DNA of 64,000 nt from Mobula hypostoma (Eukaryota). Within the stretch, counting starts at the first letter, position 1. Each line of letters opens with the position of its first letter. The stretch spans positions 104,410,001-104,474,000 of the forward strand of contig NC_086097.1 in NCBI RefSeq assembly GCF_963921235.1, written 5' to 3'. Position numbers and translations under genes: made by a program. The notes beneath the pieces are model-generated. The model was given only the letters and a program-made list of their open reading frames with translations. It was not told the DNA's origin and ran no database searches. Shown piece after piece: positions 15,501 through 27,450 of this stretch.

Positions 15501-18500
15501 ACAGCGATAGGAGGGAATGGGATCGGCACTGCGATGAGTTCCATCGCCGGAACAGCGACAGGAATGTGAATGGCAGTGCGATGAGTTCCATCGCCGGAAC
15601 AGCGACAGGAATGTGAATGGCAGTGCGATGAGTTCCATCGCCGGAACAGCGACAGGAATGGGAATGGCAGTGTGATGAGTTCCATTGCCGGAACAGCGAC
15701 GGGGGGAATGGGAACGGCAGTGCGATGAGTTCCATCGCCGGAACATCGACAGGGGGGAATGGGAACGGCAGTGCGATGAGCTCCATCACCGGAACACCGA
15801 CAGGAATGGGAACGGCAGTGCGATGAACTCCATCGCCGGAACACTGACAGGAATGGGAACGGCAGTGCGATGAGTTCCATGGCCGGAACAGCGACAGGAA
15901 TGGGAACGGCAGTGCGATCAGCTCCATCGCCGGAACAGTGACAGTGGGGAATGGGAACGGCAGAGCGACGAGCTCCATCGCCGGAACAGCAACAGGAATG
16001 GGAACGGCAGTGCGACGAGTTCCATCGCCGGAACAGCGATAGGAGGGAATGGGATCGGCACTGCGATGAGTTCCATCGCCGGAACAGCGACAGGAATGTG
16101 AATGGCAGTGCGATGAGTTCCATCGCCGGAACAGCGACAGGAATGTGAATGGCAGTGCGATGAGTTCCATCGCCGGAACAGCAACAGGAATGGGAACGGC
16201 AGTGCGATGAGTTCCATCGCCGGAACAGCGACAGGAATGGGAATGGCAGTGTGATGAGTTCCATTGCCGGAACAGCGACGGGGGGAATGGGAACGGCAGT
16301 GCGATGAGTTCCATCGCCGGAACATCGACAGGGGGGAATGGGAACGGCAGTGCGATGAGCTCCATCGCCGGAACACCGACAGGAATGGGAACGGCAGTGC
16401 GATGAACTCCATCGCCGGAACACTGACAGGAATGGGAACGGCAGTGCGATGAGTTCCATGGCCGGAACAGCGACAGGAATGGGAACGGCAGTGCGATGAG
16501 CTCCATCGCCGGAACAGTGACAGTGGGGAATGGGAACGGCAGAGCGACGAGCTCCATCGCCGGAACAGCAACAGGAATGGGAACGGCAGTGCGACGAGTT
16601 CCATCGCCGGAACAGCGACAGGAATGGGAATGGCAGTGTGATGAGTTCCACTGCCGGAACAGCGACGGGGGAAATGGGAACGGCAGTGCGATGAGTTCCA
16701 TCGCCGGAACATCGACGGGGGGAATGGGAACGGCAGTGCGATGAGCTCCATCACCGGAACACCGACAGGAATGGGAACGGCAGTGCGATGAACTCCATCG
16801 CCGGAACACTGACAGGAATGGGAACGGCAGTGCGATGAGTTCCATGGCCGGAACAGCGACAGGAATGGGAACGGCAGTGCGATCAGCTCCATCACCGGAA
16901 CAGTGACAGTGGGGAATGGGAACGGCAGAGCGACGAGCTCCATCGCCGGAACAGCAACAGGAATGGGAACGGCAGTGCGACGAGTTCCATCGCCGGAACA
17001 GCGACAGGAATGGGAACGGCAGTGCGACGAGTTCCATCGCTGGAACAGCGACAGGGGTAATGGGAACGGCAGTGCGATGAGTTCCATCCCGGGAACAGCG
17101 ACAGGAATGGGAACGGCAGTGCGATGAGCTCTATCCCGGGAACAGCGACAGGAATGGGAACGGCAGTGCGATGAGCTCCATCGCCGGAACAGTGACAGTG
17201 GGGAATGGAAATGGTAGAGCGACGAGCTCCATTGCCAGAACAGCGACAGAAATGGGAATGGCAGTGCGACGAGTTCCATCGCTGGAACAACGACATAGGG
17301 GAATGGGAACTGCAGTGCGATGAGTTCAATCGCTGGAACAGCGACAGGGGTAATGGGAACGGGAGTGTGACGAGATCCATCACCGGAACAGCGATAGGAG
17401 GGAATGGAAACGGCAGTGCGACGAATTCCATCGCCGGAACAACGATAGGAGAGAATGGGAACGGCAGTGCGATGAGCTCTATCGCCGGAACAGTGACAGG
17501 AATGGGAACGGCAGTGCAACGAGTTCCATCGCCGGAACAGCGACAGGAATGGGAACGGCAGTGCGACGAGTTCCATCGCCGGAACAGCGACAGGAATGGG
17601 AACGGCAGTGCCATGAGCTCTTTCGCCGGAACAGTGACAGGATTGGAAACGGCAGTGAACGAGTTCCATCGCCGGAACAGCAACAGGAATGGGAACGGCA
17701 GTGCGACGAGTTCCATCGCAGGAGCAGCGACAGGAATGGGAACAGCAGTGCGATGAGCACCATCGCCGGAACAGTGACAGGGGGAATGGGAACGGCATTG
17801 CGATGAGTTCCATCGCCGGAACAGTGACAGGGGGAATGGGAACGGCAGTGCGACGAGTTCCATCGCCGGAACAGCGACAGGGGTAATGGGAACGGGAGTG
17901 CGATGTGTTCCATCGCCGAAACAGCGATAGGAGGCAATGGGAACGGCAGTGCGACGAGTTCCATCGCCGGAACAGCGATAACAGGGAATGGGAATGGCAG
18001 TGCGACGAGTTCCATCGCCGGAACAGCGACAGAGTGGGGAATGGGAACGGCAGTGCGACGAGTTCCATCGCCGGAACAGCGACAGAGTGGGGAATGGGAA
18101 CGGCAGTGCGATAAGCCCATCGCTGGAACAGCGACAGGAATGGGAACAGCAGTGCGATCAGCTCCATCGCCGGAACAGTGACAGTGGGGAATGGAAATGG
18201 CAGTGCGATGAGCTCCATCGCCAGAACAGCGACAGGAATGGGAATGACAGTGCAATGAGCTCCAATGCTGGAACAGCGACAGGAATGGGAACGGCAGCGC
18301 GACGAGTTCCATCGCCGGAACAGCGATAGGAAGGAATGGGAACGGCAGTGCGATGAGCTCCATCCCAGGAACAGTGACAGGAATGGGAATGGCAGTGCAA
18401 TGAGCTCCAATGCCGGAACAGCGACAGGAATGGGAACGGCAGCGCGACGAGTTCCATCGCCGGAACAGCGATAGGAGGGAATGGGATCGGCACTGCGATG

Positions 18501-21500
18501 AGTTCCATCGCCGGAACAGCGACAGGAATGTGAATGGCAGTGCGATGAGCTCCATCCCCGGAACAGCGACAGGAATGGGAACAGCAGTGCGATGAGCTCC
18601 ATTTCCGGAACAGCGACGGGGGTAATGGTAACGGCAGTGCGATGAGCTCCATCGTTGGAACAGCGACAGGGGGAATGGGAACGGCAGAGCGACGAGCTCC
18701 ATCGCCGGAACAGCGACAGGGGTAATGGGAACGGCAGTGCGATGAGTTCCATCCCGGGAACAGCGACAGGAATGGGAACGGCAGTGCGATGAGCTCCATC
18801 CCGGGAACAGCGACAGGAATGGGAACGGCAGTGCGATGAGCTCCATCGCCAAAACAGCGATAGGAGGCAATGGGAACGGCAGTGCGATGAGCTCCATCGC
18901 CGGAACAGCGACGGGGGGAATGTGAACGGTAGTGCGATGAGGTCCATCGCCAGAACAGCGACTGGAATGGGAACGGCAGTGTGACGAGTTCCATCGCCGG
19001 AACAACAACAGGGAATGGGAACGGCAGTGCGACGTTTTCCATCACCGGAACAGCGATAGGAGGGAATGGGAACGGCAGTGCGATGAGATCCATCCCCGGA
19101 ACAGCGACAGGAATGGTAATGGCAGTGCGATGAGTTCCATCGCCGGAACAGCGACGGGGGAATGGGAACGGCAGTGCGACGAGTTCCATCGCCGGAACAG
19201 CGATAGGAGGGAATGGGAACGGCAGTGCGACAAGTTCCATCGCCGGAACAGCGACAGGAATGGGAACGGCAGTGCAATCAGCTCCATCGCCGGAACAGTG
19301 ACAGCGGCGAATGGGAACGGCCGTGCAATAAGTTCGATTGCCGGAACACCGACAGGAATGGGAACGGCAGTGCGATGAGCTCCATCCCCCGGAACAGCGA
19401 CAGGAATGGGAACAGCAGTGCGATGAGCTCCATTTCCGGAACAGCGACGGGGGGAATGGTAACGGCAGTGCGATGAGCTCCATCGTTGGAACAGCGACAG
19501 GGGGAATGGGAACGGCAGTGCGACGAGTTCCATCGCCGGAACAGCGATAGAAGGGAATGGGAACGGCAGTGCGACGAGTTCCATCGCCGGAACAGCGATA
19601 AGAGGGAATGGGATCGGCAGTGCGATGAGTTCCATCGCCGGAACAGCAACAGGAATGGGAATGGCAGTGTGATGAGTTCCATTGCCGGAACAGCGACGGG
19701 GGGAATGGGAACGGCAGTGTGATGAGCTCCATCACCGGAACACCGACAGGAATGGGAACGGCAGTGCGATGAGTTCCATCGCCGGAACAGCGACAGGAAT
19801 GGGAATGGCAGTGTGATGAGTACCATTGCCGGAACAGCGACGGGGGGAATGGGAACGGCAGTGCGATGAGTTCCATCGCCAGAACATCGACAGGGGGGAA
19901 TGGGAACGGCAGTGCGATGAGCTCCATCACCGGAACACCGACAGGAATGGGAACGGCAGTGCGATGAACTCCATCGCCGGAACACTGACAGGAATGGGAA
20001 CGGCAGTGCGATGAGTTCCATGGCCGGAACAGCGACAGGAATGGGAACGGCAGTGCGATCAGCTCCATCACCGGAACAGTGACAGTGGGGAATGGGAACG
20101 GCAGAGCGACGAGCTCCATCGCCGGAACAGCAACAGGAATGGGAACGGCAGTGCGACGAGTTCCATCGCCGGAACAGCGACAGGAATGGGAATGGCAGTG
20201 CGATGAGCTCCATCCCCGGAACAGCGACAGGAATGGGAACAGCAGTGCGATGAGCTCCATTTCCGGAACAGCGACGGGGGGAATGGTAACGGCAGTGCGA
20301 TGAGCTCCATCGTTGGAACAGCGACAGGGGGAATGGGAACGGCAGAGCGACGAGCTCCATCGCCGGAACAGCGACAGGGGTAATGGGAACGGCAGTGCGA
20401 TGAGTTCCATCCCGGGAACAGCGACAGGAATGGGAACGGCAGTGCGATGAGCTCCATCCCGGGAACAGCGACAGGAATGGGAACGGCAGTGCGATGAGCT
20501 CCATCGCCAAAACAGCGATAGGAGGCAATGGGAACGGCAGTGCGATGAGCTCCATCGCCGGAACAGCGACGGGGGGAATGTGAACGGTAGTGCGATGAGG
20601 TCCATCGCCAGAACAGCGACTGGAATGGGAACGGCAGTGTGACGAGTTCCATCGCCGGAACAACAACAGGGAATGGGAACGGCAGTGCGACGTTTTCCAT
20701 CACCGGAACAGCGATAGGAGGGAATGGGAACGGCAGTGCGATGAGATCCATCCCCGGAGCAGCGACAGGAATGGTAATGGCAGTGCGATGAGTTCCATCG
20801 CCGGAACAGTGACAGTGGGGAATGGGAACGGCAGAGCGACGAGCTCCATCGCCAGAACAGCGTCAGGAATGGGAACGGCAGTGCGACGAGTTCCATCGCT
20901 GGAACAACGACATAGGGGAATGGGAACTGCAGTGCGACGAGTTCCATCGCTGGAACAGCGACAGGGGTAATGGGAATGGGAGTGCGACGAGATCCATCAC
21001 CGGAACAGCGATAGGAGGGAATGGGAACGGCAGTGCGACAAGTTCCATCACCGGAACAGCGATAGCAGGGAATGGGAACGGCAGTGCGATGAGTTCCATG
21101 GCCGGAACAGTGACAGGAATGGGAACGGCAGTGTGATGAGTTCCATCGCCGGAACAGCGACAAGAATGGGAACGGCAGTGCGATCAGCTCCATCTCCGGA
21201 ACAGTGACAGTGGGGAATGGGAACGGCAGAGCGACGAGCTCCATCGCCGGAACAGCAACAGGAATGGGAACAGCAGTGCGACGAGTTCCATCGCAGTAGC
21301 AGCGACAGGGGGGAATGGCAGTGCGACGAGCACCATCGCTGGAACAGCGACAGGAATGGGAACGGCAGTGCGATGAGCACCATCACCGGAACAGTGACAG
21401 GGGGAATGGGAACGGCAGTGCGACGAGTTCCATCGCCGGAACAGCGATAGGAGGGAATGGGAAAGGCAGTGCGATGAGCCCATCGCCGGAACAGCGACAG

Positions 21501-24500
21501 GAATGGGAATGGCAGTGCCGTGAGCTCTATCGCTGGAACAGCGATAGGAGGGAATGGGAACGGCAGTGCGATGAGCTCCATTGCCGGAACAGCGACGGGG
21601 GGATGGGAACGGCCGTGCGATGAGCTCCATCGCCAGAACAGCGACAGGAATGGGAACGGCAGTGCGATAAGCTCCATCACCGGAACAGCGACGGGGGGAA
21701 TGGGAACGGCCGTGCGACGAGTTCCATCGCCGGAACAGCGACAGGAATGGGAACGGCAGTGCGACGAGCTCCATCGCCGGAACAGCGAGAGGAATGGGAA
21801 TGGCAGTGCGACGAGATCCATCGCCCAAACAGCGACAGGAATGGGAACGGCAGTGCGACGAGCTCCATCGCCGGAACAGCGACAGGAATGGGAATGGCAG
21901 TGCGAGGAGCTCCATCGCCGGAACGGTGAGAGGAATGGGAATGGCAGTGCGACGAGTTCCATCGCCGGAACAGCGACGGGGAATGGGAACGGCAGTGCGA
22001 CGTTTTCCATCGCCGGAACAGCGATAGGAGGGAATGGGAACGGCAGTGCGATGAGATCCATCCCCGGAACAGCGACAGGAATGGTAATGGCAGTGCGATG
22101 AGTTCCATCCCCGGAACAGCGACGGGGGAATGGGAACGGCAGTGCGATGAGCTCCATCGCCGGAACAGCGACAGGAATGGTAACGGCAGTGCGATGAGTT
22201 CCATCGCCGGAACAGCGACAAGGGGGAATGGGAACGGCAGTGCGATGAGCTCCATCGCTGGAACAGCGACAGGGGGAATGGGAATGGCAGTGCGATGAGC
22301 ACTATCGCCGGAACAGCGTCAGGAATGGGAACGGCAGTGCGACGAGTTCCATCGCTGGAACAACGACATAGGGGAATGGGAACTGCAGTGCGACGCGTTC
22401 CATCGCTGGAACAGCGACAGGGGTAATGGGAACGGGAGTGCGACGAGATCCATCACCGGAACAGCGACAGGAATGGGAACGGCAGTGCGACGAGTTCCAT
22501 CGCTGGAACAACGACATAGGGGAATGGGAACTGCAGTGCGACGAGTTCCATCGCTGGAACAGCGACAGGGGTAATGGGAACGGTAGTGCGATGAGTTCCA
22601 TCGCCGGAACAGCGACGGGGGGAATGGGAACAGCATAGCAACGAGTTCCATCACCGGAACAGTTACAGGAATGGGAACGGCAGTGTGATGAGCACCATCG
22701 CCGGAACAGTGACAGGGGGAATGGGAACGGCATTGCGATAAGTTCCATCGCCGGAACAGTGACAGGGGGAATGGGAACGGCAGTGCGACAAGTTCCATCG
22801 CCGGAACAGCGATAGGAGGGAATGGGAACGGCAGTGCGATCAGCTCCATCGCCGGAACAGTGACAGGAATGGGAATGGCAGTGCGACGAGAACCATCGCC
22901 GGAACAGCGACAGGAATGGGAATGGCAGTGCGACGAGTTCCATCGCTGGAACAGCGACAGGGGTAATGGGAACGGGAGTGCGATGTGTTCCATCGCCGAA
23001 ACAGCGATAGGAGGCAATGGGAACGGCAGTGCGATGAGCTCCATCGCCGGAACAGTGACAGGAATGGGAACGGCAGTGCGATGAGTTCCATCGCCGGAAC
23101 ATCGACAGTGGGGAATGGGAACGGCAGTGCGATAAGCCCATCGCCGGAACAGTGACAGGAATGGGAACAGCAGTGCGATCAGCTCCATCGCCGGAACAGT
23201 GACAGTGGGGAATGGAAATGGTAGAGCGACGAGCTCCATCGCCAGAACAGCGTCAGGAATGGGAACGGCAGTGCGACGAGTTCCATCGCTGGAACAACGA
23301 CATAGGGGAATGGGAACTGCAGTGCGACGAGTTCCATCGCTGGAACAGCGACAGGGGTAATGGGAATGGGAGTGCGACGAGATCCATCACCGGAACAGCG
23401 ATAGGAGGGAATGGGAACGGCAGTGCGACAAGTTCCATCACCGGAACAGCGATAGCAGGGAATGGGAACGGCAGTGCGATGAGTTCCATGGCCGGAACAG
23501 TGACAGGAATGGGAACGGCAGTGTGATGAGTTCCATCGCCGGAACAGCGACAGGAATGGGAACAGCAGTGCGACGAGTTCCATCGCAGTAGCAGCGACAG
23601 GGGGGAATGGCAGTGCGACGAGCACCATCGCTGGAACAGCGACAGGAATGGGAACGGCAGTGCGATGAGCACCATCACCTGAACAGTGACAGGGGGAATG
23701 GGAACCGCAGTGCGACGAGTTCCATCGCCGGAACAGCGATAGGAGGGAATGGGAACGGCAGTGCGATGAGCCCATCGCCGGAACAGCGACAGGAATGGGA
23801 ATGGCAGTGCCGTGAGCTCTATCGCTGGAACAGCGATAGGAGGGAATGGGAACGGCAGTGCGATGAGCTCCATTGCCGGAACAGCGACGGGGGGATGGGA
23901 ACGGCCGTGCGATGAGCTCCATCGCCAGAACAGCGACAGGAATGGGAAAGGCAGTGCGATAAGCTCCATCACCGGAACAGCGACGGGGGGAATGGGAACG
24001 GCCGTGCGACGAGTTCCATCGCCGGAACAGCGACAGGAATGGGAACGGCAGTGCGACGAGCTCCATCGCCGGAACAGCGAGAGGAATGGGAATGGCAGTG
24101 CGACGAGATCCATCGCCCAAACAGCGACAGGAATGGGAACGGCAGTGCGACGAGCTCCATCGCCGGAACAGCGACAGGAATGGGAATGGCAGTGCGAGGA
24201 GCTCCATCGCCGGAACAGCGATAGGAGGGAATGGGAACGGCAGTGCGATGAGATCCATCCCCGGAACAGCGACAGGAATGGTAATGGCAGTGCGATGAGT
24301 TCCATCCCCGGAACAGCGACGGGGGAATGGGAACGGCAGTGCGATGAGCTCCATCGCCGGAACAGCGACAGGAATGGTAACGGCAGTGCGATGAGTTCCA
24401 TCGCCGGAACAGCGACAAGGGGGAATGGGAACGGCAGTGCGATGAGCTCCATCGCTGGAACAGCGACAGGGGGAATGGGAATGGCAGTGCGATGAGCACT

Positions 24501-25474
24501 ATCGCCGGAACAGCGTCAGGAATGGGAACGGCAGTGCGACGAGTTCCATCGCTGGAACAACGACATAGGGGAATGGGAACTGCAGTGCGACGAGTTCCAT
24601 CGCTGGAACAGCGACAGGGGTAATGGGAACGGGAGTGCGACGAGATCCATCGCCGGAACAGCGACGGGGGGAATGGGAACAGCATAGCAACGAGTTCCAT
24701 CACCGGAACAGTTACAGGAATGGGAACGGCAGTGTGATGAGCTCCATCGCTGGAACAGCAATAGGAGGGAATGGGAACGGCAGTGCGATGAGATCCATCC
24801 CCGGAACAGCGACAGGAATGGTAATGGCAGTGCGATGAGTTCCATCGCCGGAACAACAACAGGAATGGGAACAGCAGTGCGATGAGCCTATCGCCGGAAC
24901 AGCGACAGGAATGGGAATGGCAGTGCCATGAGCTCCATCGCTGGAACAGCGACAGGAATGGGAACGGCAGTGCGATGAGCTCCATCGCCGGAACAGTGAC
25001 AGGAATGGGAACAGCAGTGCAATGAGTTCCATCCCGGGAACAGCGACAGGAATGGGAACGGCAGTGTGATGAGCTCCATCGCCGGAACAGCGACAGGAAT
25101 GGGAACGGCAGTGCGATGAGTTCCATCGCCGGGAACAGCGACAGAAGGTAATGGGAACGGCAGTGCGATGAGCTCCATCGCCGGAACAGCGACAGGAATG
25201 GGAACGGCAGTGCGATGAGTTCCATCCCGGGAACAGCGACAGAGGGGAATGGGAACGGCAGTGCGATGAGCTCCATCGCCGGAACAGTGATAGGAAGGAA
25301 TGGGAACGGCAGTGCGACGAGTTCCATCGCTGGAACAGCGACAGGAATGGGAACGGCAGTGCGATGAGTTCCATCGCCGGAACAGCGACAGAGGGGAATG
25401 GGAACGGCAGTGCGATGAGCTCCATCACCGGAACAGCGACAGAGAGGAATGGGAACGGGAGTGCGATGAGTTCC
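553..25474. repeat. ~24.9-kb tandem array, 47-51-bp unit (consensus ggaacagcgacaggaatgggaacggcagtgcgatgagttccatcgcc), roughly 500 copies, with higher-order repeats
   Basis: Uninterrupted head-to-tail repetition is directly visible. Length variation is concentrated after 'agcga' (cag / taggagg / caggggg / cagtggg). Copy number is estimated from length divided by unit size. Confidence 0.98.
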
Positions 25475-26179
25475 TGATCCCACCAGATCTGTGTCTTGGA
25501 GATTGTCCTCAGGGTGTGACCCTCGCCCGTCTGTCACAGAAGGGCAGGGCAGGGCGTCGGGGGGGGGGGGTCACTCTACTGGGTCACGTGACTCTTATCC
25601 CTGTGTCACCTGGTATGTTGCAAGCTCTGACGGGAAGCATAATCTTCGCAGACCAGAGTCTGCCAGTGCTGTGCAGAGAGAGCACCCACCTCAAATGCAG
25701 AATATATGGTGGGACATCCAGCCCTACTGATTGCAGTTTCCACAGACACTGGTTACTCCAGCCTCAGCTTTCCAGGAGAGGGGACTATTGGGGCAAAATT
25801 CCCTTCGTTGGAGGGATTCCCCATCCTAGAGTAACACTGCACATTAAACATGGAGGGACAATGTATGTAAAATTAAATAACTGTGAAAAATCGAACTTCA
25901 GGTATCCCAGCTCTGGGTTAAACAAAACCAGAGGTTACATTTTATATTAAGTGCAACATGTGACACTGGGCAATCACAGGTAGGAGGAGTGTGTTCCCAC
26001 AGGCAGATGTGAATGGTTGAGTAACGTTACAACAACGGACAGAGCAAGGGGTGATTCATACTGTCACACCTACTCACCTCATGGCAAGATCGCTGCAGGG
26101 ACGGTGCTAGTTTGCAGCATTTTCTGGGAACAATTCCGCCTCTCCAGGCCTGAAATGCCTGAGTCTCCTGATCTTTTGC

Positions 26180-26400
26180 CTTCTGCTGGAGGCCTTACCA
26201 CTGAGGGAGAGAATTCCAAAGACCCACCGGGTCTTAGGGTGAAGGAATTTATCCCCGTCTCTGCCCGAAATGCCCAACTCTTATTCTGAGACAGTGACTC
26301 TGGCTCTGGATGCCTCAGCCAGGGCTAAATCCTTGCTGCCCACACTCCCAGATACCTCTCAGTCAGATCACCTCTCCCCCTCTAATCTCTGATATGACAA
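26180..26400 (-). mobile_element. Old, degenerate CR1-type LINE ORF2 3' fragment
   Basis: ggagagaattccaaa...gtgaaggaattt...cttattctgagacagtgactctggctctgga...agatcacctctc resembles the antisense of CR1 3' ends, including the younger copy at 28343-28750. Confidence 0.45.
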
Positions 26401-26465
26401 ACCTGCCATCCCAGCAGTCATCACAAGGCTCCATTGAACACTAGTACATCCTCAATAGCACACAA

Positions 26466-26771
26466 CAGGTAACGGTGCAGAAACGGGTAACGGAGCAGAA
26501 ACGGGTAACGGAGCAGAAACGGGTGACGGAGCAGAAACCGGTAACGGAGCAGAAACGGGTAACGGAGCAGAAACCGGTAACGGTGCAGAAACGGGTAACG
26601 GAGCAGAAACGGGCAACGGAGCAGAAACGGGCAACGGAGCAGAAACGGGTAACGGAGCAGAAACCGGTAACGGTGCAGAAACGGGTAACGGTGCAGAAAC
26701 GGGTAACGGAGCAGAAACGGGCAACGGAGCAGAAACGGGTAACGGAGCAGAAACGGGTAACAGAGCAGAAA
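26466..26771. repeat. 18-bp minisatellite (cgggtaacggagcagaaa), ~17 copies
   Basis: Directly visible; it generates the EQKRVT / CSVTRF / PVSAPL repeat ORFs. Confidence 0.95.
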
Positions 26772-27099
26772 CAGGCCTTCCTGCTCACCAAACTTGCACT
26801 TACCATGACCCTAACTAAGAGTTTACGGGCCTTGAGGCCTATCTGTTGGAGCCTACCTCCTGCATAGCCAAGTTGAACAAACTCTCTGATGCTTCCTCAC
26901 CTGAGAGGTGAGGGAGAGCTGGTCTTTGAAAGGATCTCTAGTAATTTATCCAAGGTCTGACTGTGCACACCTTGACTGCCAGAGAGGTTGTCAGCCTGCT
27001 CCTGTGAGGCAGCTCTGAATCCCACAACTTCCAGTTCAGAGACTGCAGGGCTGGGGGAGGGGGTGGTTGTTGGGGGGAGCACATATAGCACAGTCAACG

Positions 27100-27450
27100 T
27101 CCTTAAAGCTCTTGGCATCCTTTAATGAAATATGGAGACCAAAACCTGCACAGAGTTCTCCAGGTGCAGCCTCACCAGTGCCAAACTGCATCAAAAATTA
27201 CACAGCTTGCATCAACTTTCCTCATTACTTGCTAGAATTTCATATGTCAACACACTGCAATCTGATTCTTTTATTCTACAACATCTGCAGTTCACTCCAT
27301 TTAAACAATACTTTTCATTCTTCCTTCCAAAGTGGATAACCTCACACTTTCCTACATTATAGTGCATCTGCCAACTTCTTATCCACTCAGGTAACTTACC
27401 CATAGCCCTCTGCAGCCTCTTTCTGTCAATTACCTAACTTGTTAACCTAC
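27100..27450 (-). mobile_element. Degenerate CR1 LINE ORF2 (RT C-terminal) fragment
   Basis: Translation WQMHYNVGKCEVIHFGRKN matches CR1 WQMEFNPDKCEVMHFGKTN seen at 28887-29378. Confidence 0.8.

Noticed and set aside
553..25474. CRISPR-like or attC-like array (palindromic repeat with a variable segment)
   Set aside because: There are no unique spacers; the variable part is only a few nt and recurs in HORs. No cas or integrase genes, and the context is a vertebrate intron.
553..25474. Homology to human satellite II/III (GGAAT/CATTC)
   Set aside because: Only one or two GGAAT pentamers per unit; superficial similarity.
929..25537. 500-1220-aa minus-strand ORFs as genuine genes
   Set aside because: They overlap in all three frames and cycle the same three peptides because the unit length is usually not a multiple of 3. 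No domain structure or exon boundaries. Kept only as a low-confidence finding.
25300..25950. 216-aa plus-strand ORF leaving the array
   Set aside because: It starts in repeat sequence, has no recognisable domain and is antisense to papilin.
26441..26867. EQKRVT / CSVTRF / PVSAPL repeat proteins, or derivation of the 18-mer from array 1
   Set aside because: The ORFs follow trivially from an 18-bp period. The shared ggtaacgg/gcag similarity is too short to support homology.
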